Positions 24,525 through 36,868 are shown, counted from the whole stretch's first letter. The stretch is DNA of 63,194 nucleotides, filler included, from Chiloscyllium plagiosum (GCF_004010195.1; 3 parts of one record of this genome joined end to end with filler, not necessarily neighbours in it); one strand, 5' to 3'. Program-made: numbers and translations. Notes: generated by a model from the letters alone, not told the origin.

Positions 24525-26366
24525 TAACTCCTACTTGAAAACATACAATGCTTTGACCTGAACCACTTCCTGTGCCAATGAATTCCACAGGCTCCCCACT
24601 CTTCAGGAGAAGATATTTCTTCTCCTGTCAGTTCGACATCCTTAGTCTGTGACTCCCTGGCTCTGGACTCCCCACTCACTGGGAACACCCTTCTTGTGTT
24701 TACCCTGTCTCGTCCTGTGAGAAAGTTCTAGGGTTCTCTGAGGTTTTCCATGTATTCTTCTAAACCCCTGTAAATATAGTCCTGACCAATCCAGTCCTCC
24801 CATCCCAAGATGCATGATAGTTAATACTTTTAGTATTTTATTTTTGTTAACTGACATTATTATACAGATTAGTTTCTTGAAGAAATTATTTGTGTATTAC
24901 TGTTCATATGCCTGTAAGTTTTTTACCATCCCAATCATATCCACAAATTATTGTTAAAATTACAAAACACGTCAAGTAGGAGTAGTTCTATAACAGTCTT
25001 GATATGTGGAGATCTGCGGTTCTGCTATATATTACAGAAAGATGAAAACAATAACTCCCTACCAAATACACTACCTTGCATTGTTTTCTTAATTTATCTT
25101 CAAAATATTTCCTTGTCAGGGAAATTGAGTACAGGCCAATTATTGAAAGTCCACATTGGTGCACATAACAAATAACTTAACCACTGAGTCCGACAGCGTC
25201 CCGGGATAACTCTGGTTGCCTCCCAGATGTTTATGCTGTGGCAGTACTGCTTCTGCAGTCCACTATGGCAAACAGCTTCTCAACTGGCAGGCAGAGATAT
25301 TAAAAGCAGCAAAATACCACAGTCACAGCCCTTATTGACAGGAGTATCACTGGGCTTTCATCACTGCATGTGAAAGTCATTACAAGGCTTAGCCCAGTTT
25401 TGAAATGCAGATGGTACCTGAACCACAAAAGTGAATATTAAGAAATTGGTAAATGCTTTTTCAACTCTGACATGACAAAATTAATTCTGTGTACTGAGCA
25501 GGAAGCTGAGAATCAGCTCCAATGCTGAAGCCTCAATTCAGAGTCTCTGTGTGCAACTTGCTACTGACAAAAGCACAGATTTTTTTTTCTGATACTGCTG
25601 CTTAAAACTTAGTCCCAGTTTGAGTCAATTATATTATTGCTTCATAACAGACATTCCATCTTGTCAGCAGTGACCTGGCTCTCCGGTTGGATTTACTGCA
25701 GTCCATTGTGTGGAGAACATGGCAACACAATCCATGTAATCGTGGGAGAGGCTGCATGTCAGCCTCCAGAGGGAAGGAAATGCCCATAATTAGGTTGGGG
25801 CCCATGGGGAAAATGTTCCCAATTGTGGAGAGGTGTGAACTGCACTCACTATTGAGCCAATTATTCCCATGGCCAATGAAATTTAGTGATGGTTCAGGGC
25901 TTACATACAAGTGGAATAGCTTTCCTATGCGTCCAACAAGCTGAACCATGCTGGGTTTGTCTGTGTCCCTATAGAGGAAGTACCTCTTTCACATTGAGCA
26001 CTCAGTGCTTGACCAAGGGACCCAGAATTCAGCTGGGATTGCTTCTGACTGCTACCCTCATCCTCATGTCATCTAAGTCCTTAAGCTATCGTAGGCCTTG
26101 TCTTGGGTACAATACTATTAGCAGCCACTGTCCCTGGTGGCCCTTCCTGCCTATAATCAGAGCTACTAGCCTCTGCTTGACTGGGTGTGGGGACAGGGAT
26201 GGGACTTCTTCCTTACCAAGTGCTTCATCTGGTTTAACTTGCTGCCCCTCTGTTGCAAAGATGGTTTCCCTGTTGGTTCTCCAGCTGATGAGCTAAGCCC
26301 ATGTCAGTTAGATTCAATTCCACTCAAAGACTTTGCCTATTTATTAATTAATTACATTTGTTTTAG

Positions 26367-26454
26367 GAAATGAAAGAAACTTTGGAATAAATGAAAACCT
26401 GCGATGGAGAAAAGATCAAACGCAGTGGCGACAAGGCAATGAGAGACAGGAAAA
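26367..26454 (+). CDS. DOCK8: DOCK8 exon (GNERNFGINENLRWRKDQTQWRQGNERQEK)
   Basis: tttag|GA...AA|gtatg, 88 nt, phase 1/2, ENLRW motif. Confidence 0.93.
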
Positions 26455-26664
26455 GTATGTGACTAATTAAAAGATCTGTCAGTATAAAATGATTGAATGG
26501 TATAACACAGAAGGAAGGAAAATAAGGATACAAGGATGTAGACAGAACTACCATTGTAGTTCAGCCCATTGTGCCTATACTGGTAATTTGGGCAAAGTAT
26601 CCAATCAGTGCTATTCCCTTGGTCTTTCACCTGGGTGTGTAATTTTATTTCAACTCTCTTCTAT

Positions 26665-27400
26665 ATATCACTGTTCAATCTGCATGAAAATGTTGCCCCT
26701 TTGGTCCCTTTTAATCTTTCCCCCCTCGCATTAAACGTATGCCCTCAAGATTTGGACTCCCCTATCCCAGAGATTTATCCTATCCAGGCCCCTCATGATT
26801 TTATAAACCTCTATAAGGTCACCCCTCAGTCTCTGACACTCCAAGGAAAACAGCCCCAGACTATTCAGCTTCTCCCTGTAGCTCAAACCCTCCAACCCTG
26901 GCAACATCCTTGTAAATCTTTTCTGAACCCTTTCAAGTTTCACAACATCCTTCCTATAGGAGAGAGAACAGAATTGCACACAATATTCCAAAAGTGACCT
27001 AGCCAATATCCTGTACAGCCTCAACAAGACCTCCCAACTCCTATACTCAATGCTCTGACCAACAAAGGAAAGCATACCAAATGCATTCTTCACTATCCTT
27101 TCTACCTGCGACTCTACTTTCAAGGAACTATGAACTTGTATTCAAAGATCTCTTTGTTCAGCAACACTCCCTAGGACCTTATAAATCCTGCCCTGATTTG
27201 TCTTTCCAAAATGCAGCACCTCAAATTTATCTAAATTAAATTCCATCTGCCACTCCTCACCTATTGTCCTATCTGATCAGGGTCCCATTGTAAGTTGCGA
27301 TAACCATCTTGATTGTCCACTAGACCACCACATCTGCAAACGTACTAACCATACCTCCTATGTTCATATTCAAATCATTTATATAAATGACAAGTGAAGA
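26665..27400 (-). mobile_element. CR1-type LINE RT fragment
   Basis: LEYCVQFCSLSYRKDVVKLERVQKRFTRMLPGLEGLSYREKL. Confidence 0.9.
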
Positions 27401-28656
27401 ATCCCAGCTCGCCGGTGAAGATAATTTTTGACATATTTAGAATTAGGTTCATCGATCACATTACTTAACAGTTTTTTTTCAAATATTGCTTTTGATTCTA
27501 ATATTCACCTCCTCTCCAACCCAGTAAATTTGTCCCCCCCACTGGTGCATTGTTGATATTTCTCTACCCAACCTGTTCAGAGATGTTATTACACACCTCC
27601 AGAACCTGGGTCCCCTGGCTCAGAGGTATGGACACGACTGCCATAAGGGTTCTGCCAGTGCATTGTACACTTTCTTGCCTGTGAGCTCAGATTGCATAGC
27701 CACCAGCCATTTGACTGTAAAGCAGCCTGACTCCATCCAACATCTATATACAGAGAGAATTCCTGACAGGAATATCTGGAAAGTGATCAGTGGAAACCTC
27801 ACCTGATTTTAAATACAGAACAACTTCGCTTATCCGAATGAAACAGGCAGGGTGTATTTTGTCCAGATAACTGATCTGATTGTAAACAAAGGAAGCATTT
27901 ACTGGACCTTGAGATCTTGTTCTGGAACGCACTTTTCTTAACTTGGAAATAATATGGGTAATTGTAGTTTCTCAACTACTGCCTTAGTTGAGATTAGCAA
28001 CACAAAACAGTGCAAGAATGCCAACTCTCAAAGGTCAGTTTGCACTATTGTGTGCTGAGATTACCATGAAGGAGTCTCTTGCTCAACCCCTCCCCTCACC
28101 TAAGGCACAGTGACCCTCAGGTTAAACCCCCATCAGTCATCTCTCTCGCTAATGAGAGAGCAGCCCTATGGTCTGGTATGACTATGGTGACTACCTTTAC
28201 TGTGCCTCCAATCACTACACTACAGCGCAAGTTAATGGCACATTTATTTTAAATTAGTTGAAAGCACAATCCTTCAATCATTCATGCACTGTTTGTCTTC
28301 CTTCATATTTTACCAATTCCAAAAAGTTCAGGTTTTATCCATTTCAGAAGTACAGTGTCAATATCAATGGACACCAATATCATCAAACTCTAAATCTTCA
28401 ACAACTTTCTTTTCTTTAATTGCCCCTGCAATGTCAGACTGCTTTTCTAACGTGGATGAGCAAAACTTCAGCCAACTCCACAGCTGCAAGCCTCTGACAT
28501 CACCCTCCACAAACTCGACACCACACAGCCCCCTGCCAACATGACCCCTGCCTATCTATCCTGATGAATGCTGGTAGAAAATCTTTGTCAAAATCTGTCT
28601 TTAAAAACATATAACATGCTGACGCCAGTGATTGTTCTTTTGTTTTTCTTTTTCAG

Positions 28657-28753
28657 AACTAAAGCAGACCTGGATCAGGAAGCGCTGGTCTCTGGAAACC
28701 TAGTTACGGAGGCTAATCTCGTTATTTTAGACACACTAGAGATAATTATAAAG
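28657..28753 (+). CDS. DOCK8: DOCK8 exon (TKADLDQEALVSGNLVTEANLVILDTLEIIIK)
   Basis: ttcag|A...AAG|gtaac, 97 nt, phase 2/0. Confidence 0.95.
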
Positions 28754-28946
28754 GTAACATTGGTGAAAGGATATTGACTTTTTACAATTTAATTGTTTAT
28801 ATTGAGTAAACTCCAGTTAGTGAATCACACTGCAGACAGTTGTGAATGAGTTCTGTTCTTGAGTCTGTTTACAAGTCAACTTGTGCTCAAGTTGGAACAC
28901 AATGCAGGATAATATACAGTTAACCTTTGTAGGTACAAGAAATGGT

Positions 28947-29460
28947 CATAGAGTCATGGAGATGTACAGCATGGAAACAGACCCTTTGGTCCAACCTGTC
29001 CACGCCGACCAGATATCTCAACCCAATCTAGTACCACCTGCCAGCACCCAGCCGAAATCCCTCCAAACCCTTCCTATTCGTATACCCATCCAAATGCCTC
29101 TTAAATGTTGCAATTGTACCAGCCTCCACCACATCCTCTGGCAGCTCATTCCATACACGTACCACCCTCCGCGTGAAAAAGTTGCCCCTTAGGTCTCTTT
29201 TATATCTTTCCCCCGTCACCCTAAACCTATGCCCTCTAATTCTGGACTCCCCGACCCATGAGAAAAGACTCTGTCTATTTATCCTATCCATGCCCCTCAT
29301 AATTTTGTAAACCTCTATAAGGTCACCCCTCAGCCTCTGACGCTTCAGGGAAAACAGCCCCAGCCTATTCAGCCTCTCCCTGTAGCTCAGTTCCTCCAAC
29401 CCTGGCAACATCCTTGTAAATCTTTTCTGAACCCTTTCAAGTTTCACAACAAGGAGACCA
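28947..29460 (-). mobile_element. CR1-type LINE 3' end (young)
   Basis: 139-aa open frame KLERVQKRFTRMLPG...GHRFRV...VWNELP plus tail. Confidence 0.92.
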
Positions 29461-30504
29461 GATATGTTGGAAATTTAAATTTACATCCCGGCATGGAATT
29501 GCATTCATACTTAACAGCACTAGTAACTCAAACATTTGTAAGTCGGGGACCCCTGTATTGGATTTCACTCTGAAAAGTAGGTGCTTTTATATTTATTTCT
29601 GAATGCCACGGCTGAGATGCACTTCTCATTAGATTGAAGAATTATTCTGCTGTGATTATTATTTCAGGTTGGTGCTCTATCAACAAACTGAATGCGCTGG
29701 TTCCAAATGGAACCTTTTATTCATTTGTGGGATCTGGGTGTCACTGGCTGGACCAGTATTTATTGCCCGTCCCTAGCTGCCCTTGAGAATCTGGGGGTGA
29801 GCTGCCTTCTTGAACAACTGCAGTCCACATGCTGTAGGTTTAAATCCAGTTACAGGGGCTGTACAATAGATGGTGCCCCAGCCAGCAATGCCCACATGCC
29901 CCATGAATGAAAAAGGAAGTCTGTTGGTACCAGTATACTATATGTGTATATGAGTGGACTGACCCACAGTTGCCTATTTTGATACCAGTCCTTCATTAAA
30001 AAAAAGGCTCCTGTAAACCAGTCAAATCTATATATTTAGTATGCAACAGTTTTTTTTATGTAACTAAGTGGTTTGGGGGAGCCAGGAAGAGAAAAATAGT
30101 TGATGAGAGAGTCCCTTTCCCTGTTGTTGGCTACATTGTTGAAGGATTAGTATTGAGTTTCTGACTGGTCCTTTCATCAGAGTGATAAGGTTTGTTAAGA
30201 AGAACTGAAACAGTTAGCAATAATTTTTACACAAAAGAGGGACAGTAATAAACAAGTATTCCGAAGCCAACGTTTGATCACGTTTATTGACTCCATTATT
30301 CATATTTTACAAGTTACTAATGTAGTCTGGCTCTGTCATTGAAAGGAGGAAGTTGCTGTTACTTTTTTCTGACATTGAAAGGTCTCAGTATTCATTTATA
30401 ATTGAAATATCCAATAATTATTACTGTATTTATACTGTATCATAAAATGTTGAGTTTGATGGCTTGCGATTAATCTAACATGCCTTCATTTTACCATATT
30501 ATAG

Positions 30505-30639
30505 GCAATTTTGGTATCCGACTGTAAGGACAGTGTCTTGGGAAACATTCTCAGGGTGATTCTTCACAGCCTGGGCTGTAATCAGAGCTCCTACTACCTG
30601 ACACATTGCTTCAACTCATTGAGAGCACTCATAGCCAAG
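30505..30639 (+). CDS. DOCK8: DOCK8 exon ([45 protein letters not shown])
   Basis: tatag|GCA...AAG|gtaaa, 135 nt; last DOCK8 exon before the spacer. Confidence 0.95.
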
Positions 30640-30945
30640 GTAAAACAAACAGGAAAAAAGGAGCTGGATGAAAAGTTAACCACAGTGACCTATGTATTGC
30701 TGACTTTTTGTTTAATGACTGGCCTGGATTGGTTGACCATGAGGTGCAATCTTGGCATGTGTCACTTTATGATGATTTCATGTACGAATCAACCAGGTAA
30801 TTTGAAGTTGACTGACGTGGCTGTGCAGAGACCACTGTCCCGTCACCAAGTCACCCTTTATTTACATGTGCACTGTACATGGCCTGTGACCAGCCAGCTC
30901 AGAGCCAGCCCCGAGCATGAGGAGACCTTCTGAATATCCTGCTTA

Positions 30946-31462
30946 TTTTTTTTCTTTTTTTATTTCTTCTAGCGTAAAGAGAACCTTTGACATTCCTGTT
31001 CTTTTTTTCTTTTTTTTCCTTACCCCCACACTGCCGCCTAACTGCAGTAGTGCTTATTTTTTTCCCAGCAGCCATGGTGTGTGTGTGTGCAGGTGTGCGA
31101 CACAGTGAGAGACACAAGGTGCTCGAATCTTTATTCAATTTCCACCACCAGGAAGATAGGAAAACACCTGAGTGGCCAGTGACAAGCAATGCCCTTCACA
31201 TCCAAAGGGCAATGATGTGTGATCAAACAGTGAAGGGGAGGGCAGGGATTAAGTCAAAAGAGAGTTGGAGGGGGAAATAATGCACTCCACTCCCTGTGGC
31301 GCCCACCTCTCCCTGAACAACTCCAGGGTGTTGGTGGACACCGCATGCTCCTTCTCCAAGGACACCCGGGCTCTAACATAACCGCGAAAGAGGGGCAGGC
31401 AGTCGGCCCCAACGACCCCCTCCATGGCCTGCTGCCTCGACTTGTTTATGGCTAGTTTGGCC
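30946..31462 (-). mobile_element. Tx1-like (L1 clade) LINE 3' end with A-rich tail, inserted in an LTR-like sequence
   Basis: LAKLAINKSRQQAMEGVVGADCLPLFRGYVRARVSLEKEHAVSTNTLELFRERW; A-rich 3' end; imperfect TSD aat(a/t)tcctg(c/t)ttat. Confidence 0.65.
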
Positions 31463-31784
31463 AATTTCCTGTTTATATCTGTCAGCCAGGGCTCCCTGAT
31501 TTACCCAGGGTTAATAAACCGCGGACCATGACGTCACTTCCGCCCCCACCGACCTCGCAGTCTCCGCAATCGCTGCCCAGACAACCGCCCCCGTGATCGC
31601 CACCCAGACGACCGCCTCCACGATCGCCAGGAAGACCATTGCCGACAGATTCACGGCCTCCGCGGCTATCAGGAATAACACTGTCACCACAGCCACTTCC
31701 GCCCCCTGGGTTGCCATCGCCGCAGCCACTTCTGCCCCCAGTGACATCACTAACCTGCACGACCACAACACCGCATGTGTCTCC

Positions 31785-31925
31785 GCCCCCACGCCGATCT
31801 CCGTCACCACGCTTAACTCCACCCCCACGCAGATCTCTGTCACCACGCCTAACCCCGCCCCATGCCGATCTCCGTCACCACGCCTAACCCCACCCCCACA
31901 CCAATCTCCTTCCCCGCCCCCACGC
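31785..31925. repeat. GC-rich tandem repeat, unit about 36 bp, about 3.5 copies
   Basis: Unit cccccacgccgatctccgtcaccacgcctaacccca. Confidence 0.8.
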
Positions 31926-31976
31926 CCAACCCCATCCCCACTCCCAGCTCCAGCCCCACACCAGGTCCTAGCTCTC

Positions 31977-32076
31977 NNNNNNNNNNNNNNNNNNNNNNNN
32001 NNNNNNNNNNNNNNNNNNNNTTAATTAATTAANNNNNNNNNNNNNNNNNNNNNNNNNNNNNNNNNNNNNNNNNNNN
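31977..32076. other. Artificial contig-join spacer (44 N + TTAATTAATTAA + 44 N)
   Basis: Exactly 100 bp with a palindromic six-frame stop cassette in the centre; identical structure at 57145-57244. Confidence 0.97.
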
Positions 32077-32265
32077 CCCAATTGTAAAACCTGCCCTGTT
32101 GCACGCACCTATCTCTCTCCATAACCAAGGTGAAAGTCACAGAATTGTGGTCACCATCACCAAAATGCTCACCCACTAACAAGCCCATCACTTGTCCCGG
32201 TTCATTACCAAGTACCAAATTCAATATGGCCTCCCCTCTGGTCGGACAATCTACATACTGAGTTA
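32077..32265 (-). mobile_element. CR1 APE endonuclease fragment
   Basis: LTQYVDCPTRGEAILNLVLGNEPGQV...GEHFGDGDHNSVTF. Confidence 0.88.
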
Positions 32266-32765
32266 GATTGATTATGGTTTGCTGGTCAGAATGAATGCAG
32301 CTCCAATAACACAAGAAATTGAATACTATGCAGATCAAAATGGTCATTTGGCATCCAAACATCTTTAGCATTGACTCCCTTCATCTGCACAGTGGCAGCA
32401 GCATGTACTGTCTAGAAAGTTCCCTGCAGCACCCTGGAACTGTAGTGTCATTGTTAACTTGTTGATGAGTCAAAATCCCAGAGCTCTCTTCCTATTTGCA
32501 CTTTGAGTGTACTAAAACCGATGGACTACAGCAATTCAAGAAGGCAGCTCACCACCACCTTGTCAAGGACAATTAGGGATGAGCAATAGGCAGACTCATG
32601 CAGTGAATGAAGAAAACAATGCTTTAAATCCTGCCAGCTTGTTCATCAATCTATATGAAGTTCGAATTGCTTTCACCAAAATCAATGTAGCGTCCTAACA
32701 TTTATGTTCAAAGAGCCAAATCCCTGAACACAATTCCAGTCATGTAAAATGCAAACAAATCTGAC

Positions 32766-32908
32766 CTGTGAGTGTTTCCATCACCTTGTTGTAGAAGTTT
32801 AATAATCTCTGGCACGGTATGTGCTGGATCCCTTGGACTTAGTAAATATACCAAAACCTTCTTGCCATATTTATTGTCGATCAAGTTTGGCAAAGCTTCA
32901 TTGATCTC
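32766..32908 (-). CDS. PUM3: PUM3 exon (EINEALPNLIDNKYGKKVLVYLLSPRDPAHTVPEIIKLLQQGDGNTH)
   Basis: cgcag|GAG...AG|gtcag, 143 nt; last PUM3 exon before the spacer. Confidence 0.95.
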
Positions 32909-33071
32909 CTGCGAATAGAGAATTGCAGGTATTAAATAGAATAATTCTTCTGTTAATTCTGTTTCCAGTTACGCAGACAAATGTTAAATTAGTCAGAAAG
33001 CAATCAGTTAGTTATTTTCTCAATCTCAGTCCAAATTTTATTTCATTTCACACTTTCCTGCCTTAGCCACA

Positions 33072-33480
33072 TTGAGATGTACAGCATGGAAACAGACCCT
33101 TCAGTCCAACTTGTCCACGCCGACCAGATATCCCAACCTAATCTAGTCCCATTTGCCAGCATTTGGCCCATATTCCTCTGAATCCTACCGATTCATGTAC
33201 CCATCCAGATGCCTTTTAAATGTTGTAATTGTACCTGCCACCACCACTTCCTCTGCCAGCTCATTCCATACACCCACCAGCTTCTGCGTGAAACAGTTGG
33301 CCCGTAGGTGCCTTTTAAATCTTTCCCCTCTCACTTTAAACCTATGCCCTCTAGTTTTGGACTCCCCTCCCCCGGGGGAAAAAGACCTTGTCTATTCACC
33401 CTATCTCGGCTCTTATGATTTTACAAACTTCTATAAGGTCTCTGCTCAGCCTCTGGCACTTGAGGGAAAATAGCCTCAGC
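33072..33480 (-). mobile_element. CR1-type LINE 3' end
   Basis: Same family as 28947-29460. Confidence 0.88.
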
Positions 33481-33769
33481 TTTGCTCTATATTTCTTGGT
33501 GGTGGCAACTTTTACTGGGATTTAATTCAACTGGTGGCAGGCAAAAACAGAGCTCTGAATTCAGATGTACTTTATGAGTGGAATAATATTGTATGGCAAC
33601 GGCTCAGGAACACTGGCAGTTTGGACAATTAAGTCCCAAAAAGAACAGTGGTTACACACTAATTTAATAGGCTTTAGCAATCCACAGGCTGAGATTGGAG
33701 GATGAAAGCTGTTCAGAGAAATTCTCCACAATGAATAAATATGATCCAATAATACATGCTTGAAGATCA

Positions 33770-34040
33770 TGTTGTGGAGGTGCCAATGTTGGACTGGGGT
33801 AGACAAAGTTAAAAATCACACACCACCAGGTTATAGTCCAACAGGTTTATTTTAAATACAAGCTTTCGGAGCACTGCTCCTTTGTCAGGTAGCTAGTAGG
33901 GCAGGATCATAGGACACAGAATTTACAGTATTTACTGTACACTTTACTATAAATTCTGTGTCCTATGATCCTGCCCCACTAGTTAAGTGACAAAGGATCA
34001 GCGCTCTGAAAGCTTATTCTTCCAAATAAACCTGTTAGAG
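33770..34040. mobile_element. Palindromic mini-element of the second PLE-related family
   Basis: Arms about 33838-33930 and 33945-34037 are reverse complements (gggcaggatcataggacacagaattta / taaattctgtgtcctatgatcctgccc). Confidence 0.75.
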
Positions 34041-34818
34041 TGTGCTTGAAAATGACAGGGCTAAACTCTGATAATTCTGCCACTCAATAAAGGGTGGCAA
34101 CTTGATCAAAGTGCTCTCAGATTGTTTTTGGCACATACTCCACTACAAATTATTGCCATTGGGAAGGAACTGTGGAGGGGGGCCAGGAGAGGAGAGAGAT
34201 CCCATGCACAGAGAATGTTCAAGCTTTGGCTTGCTCATAAAACAATTAAGCCATCAAGGTTTACTGAAACCTCCAAGTACATTTTTAATACAACCTTAAG
34301 AAGTTGATTATTTGATTTTCAATTCAACGTTACCTTTAGCTGCATACATTTTATTTAAATAGCAGGCATAACATTAAAAGAAACTACTGTCCCCATTCTT
34401 GCTGAGTAGGAAAGGATTAAAAACTCACTTTAGTCAAAACCTTCAAATATACCCTTTCGCACAGAACCAGAAAACAATATTTTATGTTTTTATTGAGATT
34501 CAAACTGTTTGCTGCTCAAAGCCTATGACTCTCTTTGGATTGGAAATGTCAGAAATGCTTTCAGCAAAAATCAGAAGTGAAGCATATTCCTGAGCAAGCC
34601 ATTCCAATATTCAGAGATGGTCATCATAATTCCTGCGTTCACATACCTAATACAAATAACTTTGGTTGGGAATATCATCAAGTTAACCAAAATATCAAAA
34701 CAGCATCTTGTTGCGTTAATATAAATGATTTCCCCCATTGAAAACAATGTTCTGAACCAGCCCTTGAAGTTATCTTTCCTTCTTTGCCAACTAGGATTGG
34801 AAGAGTTCAAATACTCAC

Positions 34819-34899
34819 TGTTAGAATGATCTGTTTCATGAGTTTTGTGTCATCTATACAGTCAAAAGCTGCCATGAGAACTAAATGGGAAAATTCACC
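34819..34899 (-). CDS. PUM3: PUM3 exon (GEFSHLVLMAAFDCIDDTKLMKQIILT)
   Basis: tacag|GGT...ACA|gtgag, 81 nt. Confidence 0.95.
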
Positions 34900-35499
34900 C
34901 TGTAAAATAATTTATAGGACATGCACAGGTTATTGTTTCAGAATTCAACTTTGCAGATGTTGTACACAAATGCTGCTGTCCAGTGACCTTCGGATTTAAG
35001 CGAAGAATGCAAGAAATTACTAAAAATGCGAATATCATTCAAACACTTAGCTCATGCAGTACGAAAATTTAATTCTTAAAATTAAATTTTGATTAGAGAA
35101 TCAATGTAATTACTCCTTCACTATTAACTATAAATCCAAAGCTGAAGAGTCTAAAAGTTGCACAGTGTGTAGAACTGATGAAGGAACAGTGAAGGAACAG
35201 AGATATAATCGACTAAAAGATGTCAAGTTTCAATGAGACGGCTATCAATGTTCCTCCTCATGACTGGGGCTTGTCATCAAAGGCTGCTCCCACACCCATA
35301 CTTGATAAAATACTGAGAGTCTGTACTAGATGCAAAATTAGGGAAAAATACTTCAAGAAGATGGTGGCGTAGTGGTAATAGCACTGAACTAGTGATCCAG
35401 AAACTGATTCAATGCTCCAACCCAGGCTTAAATCAATTAAATTCCAGTAATACTATCTGGAATTACAAGTCTCAGTAATTGTGACCATTAAACTAACAA

Positions 35500-36528
35500 C
35501 TGCTGGAATTTTTTGAAGAGGTAACAAGTAGGTTAGACCAGGGAAACCCAGTGGATGTGGTCTATCTAGACTTTCAAAAGGCCTTTGATAAGGTGCCACA
35601 CGGGAGGCTGCTGAGCAAGGTGAGGGCCCATGGTGTTCGAGGTGAGCTGCTGGGATGGATTGAGGATTGACTGTCTAACAGAAGGCAGAGAGTTGGGATA
35701 AAAGGTTCTTTTTCAGAATGGCAGCCGGTGACGAGCGGTGTCCCGCAAATGTTTCTGCATCTCAGCCCTAAATAGACGACTGCTTTTATTCAATATGTCA
35801 GTGATCCAAAGCACAAAGGGATCTGGGAGTGCTAGTCGAGGATTCTCTAAAGGTAAACATGCAGGTTGAGTCCGTGATTAAGAAAGCGAATGCAATGTTG
35901 TCTCTTATCTCAAGAGGGTTGGAATATAAAAGCAGAGATGTACTACTAAGACTTTATAAAGCTCTGGTTAGGCCCCATTTGGAGTACTGTGTCCAGTTTT
36001 GGTCCCCATACCTCAGGAAGGACATACTGGCACTGGAACGTGTCCAGCGGAGATTCACACGGATGATCCCTGGAATGACAGGTCTAACATATGAGGAATG
36101 GCTGAGGATACTGGGATTGTATTCGTTGGAGTTTAGAAGATTAAGGGGAGACTTAATAGAGACGTACAAAATAATACATGGCTTGGAAAAGGTGGATGCT
36201 AGGAAATTGTTTCCGTTAGACGAGGAGACTAGGACCCGTGGACACAGCCTTAGAATTAGAGGGGGTCATTTCAGAACAGAAATGCGGAGGCATTTCTTCA
36301 GCCAGAGAGTGGTGGGCCTGTGGAATTCATTGCCACGGAGTGCAGTGGAAGCCGGGACGCTAAATGTCTTCAAGGCCGAGATTGATAGATTCTTGTTGTC
36401 TAGAGGAATTAAGGGCTACGGGGAGAACGCTGGCAAGTGGAGCTGAAATGCGCATCAGCCATGATTGAATGGCGGAGCGGACTCGATGGGCCGAATGGCC
36501 TTACTTCCACTCCTATGTCTTATGGTCT
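35500..36528 (+). mobile_element. Young CR1-type LINE, RT region to 3' tail, internally deleted
   Basis: VDVVYLDFQKAFDKVPHGRLL...SGVPQ, then a 205-aa intact C-terminal frame and tail. Confidence 0.93.
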
Positions 36529-36868
36529 AACTGTCTAATAAATAAATGAATTGTGCACTAATTCCTGATATAAAAAGACACCTGCTAACCTTATCTGTGT
36601 TTGATCTACAAGCTTCATTGAGATTCAAACTGTTTACTGCTGAAAGCCTACGGCACTCTTTGGAGGGGAAGCATCAGAAAGGTTTCCAGCAAATGGGAAG
36701 TGGGGTACTTTCAAGCAACCAACAGGAGATGCAAGGTATTAACAAATTGAGCTGAGGATCCTCCACCTTTTCATTGGTTATTTACTTCACTAACTACCTT
36801 ACTACCTCAATGTAAAAACAAAAATCTGGTGACATTTCCGAAGGCTACTAGTACAGATCCCATCTTAC

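Noticed and set aside
25629..26296. Overlapping 85-136-aa ORFs (similar case at 20683-21013) as a nested gene
   Set aside because: No recognisable domain or splice-phase continuity; possibly very old retroelement debris that I cannot assign to a family
32021..32032. TTAATTAATTAA as a biological motif (piggyBac site or homeodomain site)
   Set aside because: It is centred in symmetric 44-N runs and repeated identically at 57189-57200, so it is a synthetic linker
30505..32908. DOCK8-PUM3 overlap, fusion or true truncation
   Set aside because: The breakpoint coincides with an assembly spacer, and the exons are intact with no sign of pseudogenisation
35829..36446. 205-aa ORF as a host gene
   Set aside because: It is the C-terminal part of a CR1 ORF2 followed directly by the LINE tail
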